From assembly GCF_947496875.1 (NCBI RefSeq), contig NZ_CANMEH010000001.1, positions 251,663-315,662 on the forward strand: a stretch of DNA of 64,000 bases, written 5' to 3'. Position 1 is the stretch's first letter, and every line of letters begins with the position of its first letter. Shown in pieces: positions 42,378 to 51,354 of the stretch. The DNA is from an uncultured Paracoccus sp. (lineage in GTDB: Bacteria > Pseudomonadota > Alphaproteobacteria > Rhodobacterales > Rhodobacteraceae). A program made the position numbers and the translations under genes. The notes under the pieces are model-generated. The model saw only the letters and a program-made list of their open reading frames with translations. It was not told the origin of the DNA and did not search any database.

Positions 42378-42397
42378 CAAATACCCGAATTTTCGGG
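42378..42397 (-). terminator. Weak candidate terminator after sufS
   Basis: Minus-strand CCCGAAAATTCGGG hairpin followed by TATTTG. Short stem and poor U-tract. Confidence 0.3.
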
Positions 42398-42429
42398 CCG
42401 CAGCGGGGCGCAACGACGCGGCCCGGCGA

Positions 42430-43641
42430 TCAGCCGAACAGTTCGCGGCAGAAGGACAGCCCGTCGATGAGGGCGTCGACCTCGTCCATCGTGTTGTACA
42501 TGGCGAAGCTGGCCCGGGCCGATGCGCTCAGCCCGTAATGCTGCATCAGCGGCATGGCGCAATGTGTGCCGGCCCGCACCGCGATGCCGCGCTTGTCCAG
42601 CACGGTCGCGATGTCATGTGCATGCGCCCCCTGCATGGTCAGCGAAAAGATCGCCGCCTTGTCCGGCGCGTCGCCCTGCACGTCAACCCAGTTCAGTTCG
42701 CGCAGCCGGGCGCGGGCATGGTCGCGCAAGCCGCGTTCATGGGCGGCGATGTTCTCCATGCCGAGGTCCATCAGGTATTCCAGCGCCGCGCCAAGCCCGA
42801 TCTGGTTGACGATGCCGGGGGTGCCGGCCTCGAATCGCAGCGGCGGGTCGGCGTAGCTGACCGCGTCGCGCGACACGTCGCGGATCATGTCGCCGCCCCC
42901 CATGAAGGGCTGCATCTCGGCCTGCCGGTCGCGGGCGATCCAGATCGCCCCCGATCCGGACGGACCGTAGAGCTTGTGACCCGTGATCGCATAGAAGTCA
43001 CAGCCGATCGCCGCGATGTCGACGGGCATGTGCACCGCCGCCTGGCTGCCATCGACCAGCACCGGCACATCGGTACCGCGGCAGATTGCCGCCACGTCGA
43101 CCACCGTCCCGGTGACGTTCGACATGTGGGTCACGGCCACCAGACGGGTGCGCGGCGTGATCGCGGAAAGCATCTTTTGGGCGGGCAGGCTGCCGTCCGC
43201 TTCCGGTTCGACCCATTTCAGCACGACCCCCTGGCGTTCCCGCAGGAAGTGCCAGGGCACGATGTTGGCGTGATGTTCCAGAACGCTCAGCACGATCTCG
43301 TCGCCTGCCTGTAGACGTGGTGCGGCCCAGCCGTAACTGACCAGGTTGATCCCCTCGGTGGTGCCCGAGGTAAAGATCACCTCGTCCTCGTGCGGGGCGT
43401 TCAGGAAACGTGCGATCGTGGTCCGCACAGCCTCGTACCGTTCGGTCGCCAGGTTGGACAGGTAATGCATGCCGCGATGGACATTGGCGTATTCGCTGCC
43501 ATAGGCGCGGCTGATCGCGTCGATCACGACCTGCGGCTTCTGGGCGCTGGCGCCACTGTCCAGATAGACCAGCGGGCGACCGTTCACCTGCCGCGACAGG
43601 ATCGGGAAATCCGCACGCACCTTGTCTATATCGAAGCTCAT
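42430..43641 (-). CDS. sufS: Cysteine desulfurase SufS (group II)
   Basis: Start ATG 43641 (MSFDIDKVRADFPILSRQVNGRPLVYLDSGASAQKP..). ITGHKLYGPSG, RAGTHCAMPLMQ. Confidence 0.93.
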   Translation of the reverse strand: MSFDIDKVRADFPILSRQVNGRPLVYLDSGASAQKPQVVIDAISRAYGSEYANVHRGMHYLSNLATERYEAVRTTIARFLNAPHEDEVIFTSGTTEGINLVSYGWAAPRLQAGDEIVLSVLEHHANIVPWHFLRERQGVVLKWVEPEADGSLPAQKMLSAITPRTRLVAVTHMSNVTGTVVDVAAICRGTDVPVLVDGSQAAVHMPVDIAAIGCDFYAITGHKLYGPSGSGAIWIARDRQAEMQPFMGGGDMIRDVSRDAVSYADPPLRFEAGTPGIVNQIGLGAALEYLMDLGMENIAAHERGLRDHARARLRELNWVDVQGDAPDKAAIFSLTMQGAHAHDIATVLDKRGIAVRAGTHCAMPLMQHYGLSASARASFAMYNTMDEVDALIDGLSFCRELFG

Positions 43642-44228
43642 GCCGGTCCCTCCGGAAGGATGCCGAGCATCGCGGCCATGACGCTGAGCACGAAACCGGC
43701 GACGAACACCGTTCCCAGCAGTCCGACCGCGACGATAAGCGGGCTGCGAAAGCCGTGCACGGCCCGGGTCATCTGCACGGCCAGAACGAAGTAGAGCGCG
43801 AAGGTCAGCAGGCCAACCAGCCCGCCCAGCGGCGGCACCAGGACGGTCAGCAGCAGCTGCGGGATCTGGATCGCCAGCATCGCGATCTCGATCCAGGCCG
43901 TCGCCAGCAGCGCGTCGGTAAACCCGCCGGTGCCACCAAATATCTTGCCGACCCGTGCCATCAGCACCGCAAAGAGGCCCGCCGCCGCGACCTGCAGCGC
44001 CGCCATCACGATGGGCTGGCCGGCCAGGTCCGACATGGCGCCGGGTTCCGGGGGCGGCATGATCCGCAGCACCAGCCAGGACAACACGGCGCCCACCGAT
44101 GCCGCGACGAGAATGGCTTGCCAGCTTTCCCGTGGCGTGGCGCCGGTCTGGCGCAGCGCTGCCAGCGCCGCGGCCGGATCGCGCAGGCTCAGCAGGATCA
44201 GTTCGATGAGTCGCGAAACAAGGGTCAT
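43638..44228 (-). CDS. Yip1-domain-like polytopic membrane protein embedded in the suf operon
   Basis: 196 aa, about five TM segments. ATGA overlap with the sufS start. The family call is tentative. Confidence 0.6.
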   Translation of the reverse strand: MTLVSRLIELILLSLRDPAAALAALRQTGATPRESWQAILVAASVGAVLSWLVLRIMPPPEPGAMSDLAGQPIVMAALQVAAAGLFAVLMARVGKIFGGTGGFTDALLATAWIEIAMLAIQIPQLLLTVLVPPLGGLVGLLTFALYFVLAVQMTRAVHGFRSPLIVAVGLLGTVFVAGFVLSVMAAMLGILPEGPA

Positions 44229-44719
44229 GGCGGCGCACCATGACCCAGCGCGCGCAGGTTGACCAGCCAGAAGCCGAGGAACGCCAGACCCGCCGCGGCG
44301 CGAACGGCGGTCAGCGGTCCGCCCGCCCCGGATACCGCCTGCACCATGCCGGCCAGCAGCATCAGCGGCATCACCATTGCCATGGCCCAGATCAGCGCCA
44401 GCCGTGCGTCCCGTCCGGTGCCCCGCCACCCCGCTGCGTGGCCGACGAGAGCGGTCAGCCCGGCCAGCGCGTAGACCAGCAGCGGCATCATGAACATCGT
44501 CCCCATCAGCGCGCCACCCAGCCGGGCACCCAGCGGGATCGACGGATCGATCCGGGCCGCCTGGGCATGGGCCGGCCACTGCGCCAGGAAATACATCGCC
44601 AGTGTCCCGATCAACAGCGCCATCAGGCCCGACTCGCCCATATCGCGCAGGCTGCGCACGGTCTGCACCGGGGCACGCCAGCCGGCCACCAACCGCGGCA
44701 CCAGCCCGGGGGCGGCCAA
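44225..44719 (-). CDS. Polytopic membrane protein (Yip1-like) embedded in the suf operon
   Basis: About 164 aa and TM-rich. Begins (TTG 44719) 3 nt after the sufD stop and overlaps the next gene by 4 nt. Start is uncertain. Confidence 0.5.
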   Translation of the reverse strand: MAAPGLVPRLVAGWRAPVQTVRSLRDMGESGLMALLIGTLAMYFLAQWPAHAQAARIDPSIPLGARLGGALMGTMFMMPLLVYALAGLTALVGHAAGWRGTGRDARLALIWAMAMVMPLMLLAGMVQAVSGAGGPLTAVRAAAGLAFLGFWLVNLRALGHGAPP

Positions 44720-44721
44720 GG

Positions 44722-46086
44722 TCAGGCCGTTCCGACCGCCGGCCCGGATGCGAGAGCGTGGCGGTTCAGCCAGCCTTCCAGCCGCTCCGAGATCTCGACC
44801 CGCAGCTCGTCGTCCTCGACCTCGGCCAGCGCATCGGCGAGGAACGACAGCACCAGCAGGACGATGGCGCGATCCCGCGAGATGCCGCGCGACCGCAGAT
44901 AGTAGAGCGCGGTGGGATCGATGGCGCCAGTGGTGGACCCGTGGCTGCAGCGCACGTCATCGGCATAGATTTCAAGCTCCGGCTTGGCGAGGAACTGGCT
45001 GTCCTCGTCCAGCAGCAGCGCCTGGCTGATCTGGTAGCCGTCGGTCTTCTGGGCACCGGGTTGCACCAGGATCTTGCCCTGGAACACGCCGACAGCGCCG
45101 TTCTTCAGCACCTTCTTGAACACCTGCCGGCTTTCGCAGCGCTCGGCCCGGTGGGTCACGAACACCGTGTCGTCATGGTGGAACGGACCGGCGGCGCCAT
45201 CGCCCAGCACCGCACCGGCCACGTGGGCGACGCTGTCGTCACCGGCAATGTCGACCACCGTCTCGTGCCGCATCAGGCTGCCGTTCAGCGACAGCACGAA
45301 GGATTTCAGCGACGCGGCCTCGGCCACGCGTCCGAACAGGTGGCTGACCGCGACGCGATCGACCCCGGCCCGGATGGCCGCGATGTGATGCAGGCGCGCG
45401 CCAGGTGCCAGATCGGCCTCGATCAAGGCATTGCTGCGGGCCCCGGACATGCCGGTCTCGATCAGGGTCAGTTCGGCCCCGGCGTCGACCTTGATGACGT
45501 GATGCAGCATGACATCGGCGGCCGGGTCGCTGCGGCGATAGATCAGATGCACCGGACGGGGCGCCGTGCCGATCACCCGGATGGCCAGACCATGTCGGGC
45601 CACGGCGGTGTTCATGGCCGCAAAGGGCCGGGGCACTGGCGATTGGCCGGCCTGTTCCAGCGTTCCGTAGATGTCGGCGACCCAGTGGTCCGGCTGCGCG
45701 TCGGCCTGATCCAGCCGTTCGATCTGCACGCCGTCCAGCGCGCCCTGGTCCGAGGCGGCCGCGTCCAGCACACCGTCGACAAAGATCAGCCGCAGCCGGT
45801 CGACATGGTCGAACATCTCGAACTCGTCACCGTTCAGCGCGACAGCGGCGGGTGCATCGGCATTCAGCAGGGCCGGGTCGGTATAGCGCCAGTATTCGTC
45901 CCGGGGGCGGGGCAGGCCCATCGACCGGAACCGCTGCGCCGCATCGGCGCGTGCAGGGGCGGTGCAGCCGCCCTGCGGGACGTCCAGATCGGCCCTCGGG
46001 GTGTGCGCAGAGGGGCGGCCTCCGACAATGTCGGGCGTGACCTCGTCCTGGGTGACCTGGGTCGTGCGGGTAGCCAGTTCCACCAT
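44722..46086 (-). CDS. sufD: Fe-S cluster assembly protein SufD
   Basis: C-terminal SufBD beta-helix (..FQGKILVQPGAQKTDGYQISQALLLDEDSQFLAKPELEIYADDVRCSHGSTTG..). TGATG overlap with sufC. Confidence 0.88.
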   Translation of the reverse strand: MVELATRTTQVTQDEVTPDIVGGRPSAHTPRADLDVPQGGCTAPARADAAQRFRSMGLPRPRDEYWRYTDPALLNADAPAAVALNGDEFEMFDHVDRLRLIFVDGVLDAAASDQGALDGVQIERLDQADAQPDHWVADIYGTLEQAGQSPVPRPFAAMNTAVARHGLAIRVIGTAPRPVHLIYRRSDPAADVMLHHVIKVDAGAELTLIETGMSGARSNALIEADLAPGARLHHIAAIRAGVDRVAVSHLFGRVAEAASLKSFVLSLNGSLMRHETVVDIAGDDSVAHVAGAVLGDGAAGPFHHDDTVFVTHRAERCESRQVFKKVLKNGAVGVFQGKILVQPGAQKTDGYQISQALLLDEDSQFLAKPELEIYADDVRCSHGSTTGAIDPTALYYLRSRGISRDRAIVLLVLSFLADALAEVEDDELRVEISERLEGWLNRHALASGPAVGTA

Positions 46087-46841
46087 CACGCGCCCTCCGC
46101 CACGATGTCCGCATAGCCGTTCCGCTCGACCTCGAGCGCCAGTTCCGGGCCCCCGGTGCGAACGATCCGGCCGTCCGCCATGATGTGGACGACGTCGGGG
46201 CGGATGTGGTCCAGCAAGCGCTGGTAGTGGGTGATGACCAGAAAGGCCCGGTCGGGCGCGCGCAGGGCGTTCACGCCGTCGGCCACCAGCCGCATCGCGT
46301 CGACGTCCAGACCCGAATCGGTTTCATCCAGGATGCACATGCGGGGTTCCAGCATCGCCATCTGAAGGATCTCGTTGCGCTTCTTTTCGCCGCCCGAGAA
46401 TCCGACGTTGACCGGGCGCTTCAGCATGTCGGCGTCAATATCCAGCGCCTTGGCCCGTTCCCGGACCAGGCGCAGGAAATCACCCGAGGACAGCTCGTCC
46501 TCGCCGCGCGCCTTGCGCTGGGCGTTCATCGCCGTGCGCAGGAACGTCATGTTGCCCACGCCCGGGATCTCGACCGGGTACTGGAAGGCCAGGAACAGGC
46601 CGGCGGCGGCCCGCTCCTCGGGCTCGCTTTCCAGCAGGTCCTTGCCGTCCAGCGTGGCCTCGCCCTGCGTCACCACGTAGCCGTCGCGGCCCGACAGAAC
46701 ATAGGAGAGTGTGGACTTGCCCGACCCGTTCGGTCCCATGATGGCGTGGACCTGACTGGCCGGGACCGAGAGGGTCAGACCCTTCAGGATCTCCTTGTCC
46801 TCGTCTTCCAGCTTCACGTGCAGATTGGTCACTTCCAGCAT
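46086..46841 (-). CDS. sufC: Fe-S cluster assembly ATPase SufC
   Basis: MLEVTNLHVKL.., GPNGSGKSTL, FSGGEKKRNEILQM, ILDETDSGLD. Confidence 0.95.
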   Translation of the reverse strand: MLEVTNLHVKLEDEDKEILKGLTLSVPASQVHAIMGPNGSGKSTLSYVLSGRDGYVVTQGEATLDGKDLLESEPEERAAAGLFLAFQYPVEIPGVGNMTFLRTAMNAQRKARGEDELSSGDFLRLVRERAKALDIDADMLKRPVNVGFSGGEKKRNEILQMAMLEPRMCILDETDSGLDVDAMRLVADGVNALRAPDRAFLVITHYQRLLDHIRPDVVHIMADGRIVRTGGPELALEVERNGYADIVAEGA

Positions 46842-47000
46842 TGGTCCGTCCATTCGGTTGACCCGCAGACATGCGGGGAAATTGTTGATCCGGCTGCAGC
46901 ATCGCCGCAGGTTCGGCGGATCGGGTCGGTCTTCCGCAGCGGCGCCATACTTAATCCGCCCGGCCGCCGTGATCCAGCGACGCGCCCCGATTTCCGCCGG

Positions 47001-47321
47001 TCAGCCGGCCCCACCCAGGCTGACGGCCGTGCCGGACGCCGACACCATCAGCATGTTGTTGATGACCTCATAGTCCAGATCGACCCCGACAACGGCATTG
47101 CCGCCGAGATCACGGGCCCGGTCCTGCATCTCTCCGATCGCCGTCTGGCGCGCCTCGGCCAGGGCCTGCTCATAGGCGGACGACCGGCCACCGACGATGT
47201 CGCGGATGCCCGCGAAGATGTCCCGGAAGATGTTCGCCCCCAGGATGGTCTCGCCCGTGACGATGCCGTGATAGGCGGTGATGCGCCGGCCCTCGACGGT
47301 CGGCGTGGTCGTGACGACCAT
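47001..47321 (-). CDS. YbjQ/UPF0145 family (heavy-metal-binding-like) protein located between sufB and sufC
   Basis: 106 aa: [65 protein letters not shown]... Confidence 0.8.
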   Translation of the reverse strand: MVVTTTPTVEGRRITAYHGIVTGETILGANIFRDIFAGIRDIVGGRSSAYEQALAEARQTAIGEMQDRARDLGGNAVVGVDLDYEVINNMLMVSASGTAVSLGGAG

Positions 47322-47368
47322 CACCGCGGACCCGCCGTCCGATGCGGGCCGGCTGCCCCAGGGGTCAC

Positions 47369-48907
47369 TCATCCGACGGAGCCTTCCAGGCTGATCGCAA
47401 CCAGGCTCTGCGCCTCCATCGCGAACTCCATCGGCAGCGCCTGCAGCACGTCCCGGCAGAACCCGTTGACCACCAGTGCCACGGCCTCCTCCTCGTCCAT
47501 GCCCCGGGCCCGGCAATAGAACAGCTGGTCCTCGTCCACCTTGCTGGTCGTGGCCTCGTGCTCGACCCGACTCGAGGTATTCTTGACCTCGATATAGGGC
47601 ACGGTGTGGGCCCCGCACTTGTCGCCGATCAGCAGGCTGTCGCACTGCGTGTAGTTGCGGCTGTTGGTCGCCCGCGGGTGCATGCTGACCAGGCCGCGAT
47701 AGGTGTTCTGGGCTCGTCCGGCGGAAATGCCCTTGGACACGATCCGCGACCGGGTGTTCTTGCCCAGATGGATCATCTTGGTCCCAGTATCGGCCTGCTG
47801 GGCGTTGTTGGTGATGGCGATCGAGTAGAACTCGCCCTGACTTTCCTCGCCACGCAGGATGCAGGACGGGTATTTCCAGGTGATCGCCGATCCTGTCTCG
47901 ACCTGCGTCCACATCACCTTGGCCCGGGCCTCACGGCAGTCGGCACGCTTGGTGACGAAGTTGTAGATGCCGCCCTTGCCCTCCTCGTCACCGGGGAACC
48001 AGTTCTGGACGGTCGAGTATTTGACCTCGGCATCCTCCAGGATCACGATCTCGACCACCGCCGCGTGCAGCTGGGCCACGTCGCGCTTGGGCGCGGTGCA
48101 GCCCTCAAGATAGCTGACATAGCTGCCCTTGTCCGCGATGATCAGGGTGCGTTCGAACTGGCCGGTGTTTTCGGCATTGATGCGGAAATAGGTGCTCAGT
48201 TCCATCGGGCAGCGGACGCCCGGCGGGATGTAGACGAACGAGCCGTCGGAAAACACCGCGCTGTTCAGCGTGGCAAAGTAGTTGTCCGACTGCGGTACGA
48301 CGCTGCCCAGGTATTTCCTGACCAGGTCGGGATAGTCGCGGATGGCCTCGCTGATCGGGCAGAAGATCACGCCGGCCTTGGCCAGTTCGTCCTTGAAGGT
48401 GGTGCCCACGCTGACGCTGTCGAACACCGCATCGACGGCGACGCGGCGCCCTTCGGCGGGGGTGGCGCCTGCGCCTTCGACCCCGGCCAGGATCTCCTGT
48501 TCCTTCAGCGGAATGCCCAGCTTCTCATAGGTCGCCAGCAGCTTGGGGTCGACCTCGTCCAGCGATTTCGGCCGGACCATCATGCTCTTGGGGCGGGCGT
48601 AGTAATACTGGTCCTGATAGTCGATGTCCGGATAGTTCAGCATCGCCCAGCGGGGCTCGGACATGGTCTGCCAGCGCCGGAACGCGGCCAGGCGCCATTC
48701 GGTCATCCACTCCGGCTCTTCGTTGCGCTCGGAGATCAGGCGGACGATGTCCTCGGAAATGCCCTTGGGGGCATACTCCATCTCGATCTCGGTATCCCAG
48801 CCGTACTTGTACGTCCCCATGTTGGCGACGGTCTCGACCGTTTCCCGATCGACGCCTTCGCGCACGTCCAGTTCGGGGGCGCGTTCGGCGATGTCCAGTT
48901 GGGCCAT
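47369..48907 (-). CDS. sufB: Fe-S cluster assembly scaffold SufB
   Basis: Start ATG 48907 ([14 protein letters not shown]..). ..[14 protein letters not shown].., ..[28 protein letters not shown]... Confidence 0.95.
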   Translation of the reverse strand: MAQLDIAERAPELDVREGVDRETVETVANMGTYKYGWDTEIEMEYAPKGISEDIVRLISERNEEPEWMTEWRLAAFRRWQTMSEPRWAMLNYPDIDYQDQYYYARPKSMMVRPKSLDEVDPKLLATYEKLGIPLKEQEILAGVEGAGATPAEGRRVAVDAVFDSVSVGTTFKDELAKAGVIFCPISEAIRDYPDLVRKYLGSVVPQSDNYFATLNSAVFSDGSFVYIPPGVRCPMELSTYFRINAENTGQFERTLIIADKGSYVSYLEGCTAPKRDVAQLHAAVVEIVILEDAEVKYSTVQNWFPGDEEGKGGIYNFVTKRADCREARAKVMWTQVETGSAITWKYPSCILRGEESQGEFYSIAITNNAQQADTGTKMIHLGKNTRSRIVSKGISAGRAQNTYRGLVSMHPRATNSRNYTQCDSLLIGDKCGAHTVPYIEVKNTSSRVEHEATTSKVDEDQLFYCRARGMDEEEAVALVVNGFCRDVLQALPMEFAMEAQSLVAISLEGSVG

Positions 48908-48909
48908 GG

Positions 48910-49959
48910 TCAGATCTTTCCCTGTTTGCTGCGCCAGCGGCCGTGGGCGGTGAGCCAGGCCTCGGCAAAGCCGTCCAATTCCTCGGCGGTCGTGTCCCGG
49001 CCGAACGACACGCGCATCGCGCATGAGGCATCGACCTCGGGCACGCCCATCGCGCGCAAGACCCCGCTCGGCCGGACCTTGCCCGACGAACAGGCCGACC
49101 CCGCCGACACCGCATATCCGGCCAGGTCCATCTGCATCACCTGCGTCTCGCCCTTCCATCCCGGGGTCAGGATCGCAAGGGTCTGCGGCAACCGGCGCGC
49201 GTTGCGCCCCAGAAACATAGCGTTTCCATCAGCAATTTCCAGAGCGTTCTCCAGACGATTGCGCAGTTCCGTCTGACGATCCGCGATTCCGGACGCAAGA
49301 TCGTCCTGCGCGGCCGCCGCAGCCGCCGCAAAGCCGGCGATCCCGACCAGGTTCTCGGTTCCGGCACGCCGGCCCTGTTCCTGCCCGCCGCCGCGTATCC
49401 GCGCCTCGACCTCGGTGCCCCGGCGCAGGATCAGCGCACCGACGCCCCTGGGCCCGCCCAGCTTGTGCGCACTGACAAAGCCGGCCTCGATCCCCAGCCA
49501 GTCGAACGCAAACGGGATCTTACCGAAGCCCTGCGTCAGGTCACTGACAGCCAGCCCCTGCGGCAGATCCTGGATCACCCCTGTCTCGCTGTTGGCCAGC
49601 TGCACGGTGGCCGACGCGGGCGCGGGCACGGTCACATGGCCATCCCCGTCGGTGGTCAAGGTTTCGTCGCACCAGGCACGGACGCAATCATGTTCGACAC
49701 CCGCGCAGGCCAGACCCCGCCCCGCCAGGATCAGCGCGGCGGACTCGGTCGCGCCCGAGGTAAAGATGATCTCGGCCGATGCGGCGCCGAGCGCCTGCGC
49801 AACCGTGTCGCGGCAGCGTTCCAGCAGCATCTTGGCCGCGCGTCCCTCGGCATGGACGCTTGACGGGTTGCCGGTGACATCCATCGCGTCGGCCATCGCG
49901 GCCCGGGCCTCGGGACGCAGCGGCGCGGTGGCGTTCCAGTCGAGGTAGACCCGGCTCAC
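48910..49959 (-). CDS. Class V aminotransferase-fold cysteine desulfurase (NifS/IscS-like, short form)
   Basis: GTG 49959 ([18 protein letters not shown]..). ..[17 protein letters not shown].., ..[11 protein letters not shown]... GTGA overlap with the coaBC stop. Confidence 0.85.
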   Translation of the reverse strand: MSRVYLDWNATAPLRPEARAAMADAMDVTGNPSSVHAEGRAAKMLLERCRDTVAQALGAASAEIIFTSGATESAALILAGRGLACAGVEHDCVRAWCDETLTTDGDGHVTVPAPASATVQLANSETGVIQDLPQGLAVSDLTQGFGKIPFAFDWLGIEAGFVSAHKLGGPRGVGALILRRGTEVEARIRGGGQEQGRRAGTENLVGIAGFAAAAAAAQDDLASGIADRQTELRNRLENALEIADGNAMFLGRNARRLPQTLAILTPGWKGETQVMQMDLAGYAVSAGSACSSGKVRPSGVLRAMGVPEVDASCAMRVSFGRDTTAEELDGFAEAWLTAHGRWRSKQGKI

Positions 49960-51230
49960 CGGGCCCCGTCCTGCAGCGCGTCGGCGATGCGATCCGCCAG
50001 CCGTCGTGCGACCTTGACCTTGGTCATCCGCGGCCAGGCCTCGGCGCCGGACTCGGTGACCATGGTGATGGCATTCTCGTCGCCGCCCATGATCCCGGTT
50101 TCGGGGCTGACGTCGTTCGCCAGGATCCAGTCGCAGCCCTTTCGGCTGCGTTTCGCCGTCGCGTTCGCCACCACGTCGTCGGTTTCGGCGGCAAAGCCCA
50201 CGACAAGGCGCGGCCGTTGCGCCGCCCGGCTGATCCACGCGAGGATGTCGGGGTTTTCCGCCATCTGCAGGCTGGGCGCGCCGCTGCCATCCTTCTTCAC
50301 CTTGCGGTCCGCGGCATTGGTGACGTGCCAGTCGGCCACGGCCGCGGCCATCACCGCCGCGTCGGCGGGCAGCGCCGCCTGGACCGCCTCGTGCATCTGA
50401 CGGGCCGTCTCGACCCGGACGACGTCGACACCTGAGGGAGGCGGGGACGTGGCGGGTCCGGTCACGAAGGTGACCCGGGCGCCCATGTCGCGCAAGGCTG
50501 CGGCGATGGCCGTCCCCTGCGTTCCCGACGAGCGATTGGCGATGTAGCGGACCGGATCGATCGGTTCGTGGGTCGGGCCCGACGTGACGATGACGTGCCG
50601 CCCGGCAAGTCGGCGCGGGGCAGGCGGGATGATCACCGACTCGGGGGGCAGGCGCAGCGGCGCGGAGGCGTCGGTCAGGGCCGGTGCGGGCGGGCCGAGC
50701 AACTCACCCATCGCCTGCATGATCGCCTCGGGTTCGGCCATCCGCCCCTCCCCCCATTCTCCGCAGGCCATCCCGCCCTCGTCCGGGCCGACCATGTCGA
50801 TGTCGTCGTCGGCGAGGATGGCGCGGTTGCGCCGGGTCGCCGGGTGGTCCCACATCCGCACGTTCATGGCCGGCGCGATCAGCACCGGCGTGTCCGTCGC
50901 CATCAGCAGGGTCGAGGCGAGATCGTCCGCCAGGCCGTGCGCCATCTTGGCCATCAGGTCAGCGGTGGCCGGGGCAACGACGATCAGGTCGGCGGATCGG
51001 GACAGCTCGATATGCCCCATTTCGGCCTCCCGCGTCAGATCGAACAGCTCGCTGTGGCAGGGCGCATTCGACAAAGCCGAGAGGGTCAGCGGCGTCACGA
51101 ACTGCGCCCCGCCGCTGGTCAGCACGGTGGTGACCGATGCGCCCGCCTTGCGGATCAGTCGGACCAACTCGGGTGTCTTGTAGGCGGCGATGCCGCCGGC
51201 CACGATCAGCAAGATCCGCTTGCCCTGCAT
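49956..51230 (-). CDS. coaBC: Bifunctional phosphopantothenoylcysteine decarboxylase / phosphopantothenate-cysteine ligase
   Basis: MQGKRILLIVAGGIAAYKTPELVRLIRK.., ..PAMNVRMWDHPAT.., C-terminal CoaB domain ..VTSGPTHEPIDPVRYIANRSSG... Confidence 0.93.
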   Translation of the reverse strand: MQGKRILLIVAGGIAAYKTPELVRLIRKAGASVTTVLTSGGAQFVTPLTLSALSNAPCHSELFDLTREAEMGHIELSRSADLIVVAPATADLMAKMAHGLADDLASTLLMATDTPVLIAPAMNVRMWDHPATRRNRAILADDDIDMVGPDEGGMACGEWGEGRMAEPEAIMQAMGELLGPPAPALTDASAPLRLPPESVIIPPAPRRLAGRHVIVTSGPTHEPIDPVRYIANRSSGTQGTAIAAALRDMGARVTFVTGPATSPPPSGVDVVRVETARQMHEAVQAALPADAAVMAAAVADWHVTNAADRKVKKDGSGAPSLQMAENPDILAWISRAAQRPRLVVGFAAETDDVVANATAKRSRKGCDWILANDVSPETGIMGGDENAITMVTESGAEAWPRMTKVKVARRLADRIADALQDGAR

Positions 51231-51298
51231 GCTGATGATCCCTCCCCAACGGTTCGTCCCTACCTAAGCCGGGCCGGTCGGACAGACAAGAAAGCCCC

Positions 51299-51329
51299 GT
51301 TAACGCGCGATTAAGCGGGCTGCGTTAAC
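51299..51329 (+). promoter_or_regulatory. CtrA-type box TTAA-N7-TTAA (plus a third GTTAAC) in the coaBC / comM divergent spacer
   Basis: gTTAAcgcgcgaTTAAgcgggctgcgTTAAc. TTAA at 51300-51303, 51311-51314 and 51325-51328. The comM ATG is at 51355. Confidence 0.45.
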
Positions 51330-51354
51330 CCTCGGCACGCAGCAGGGGGCGTGG

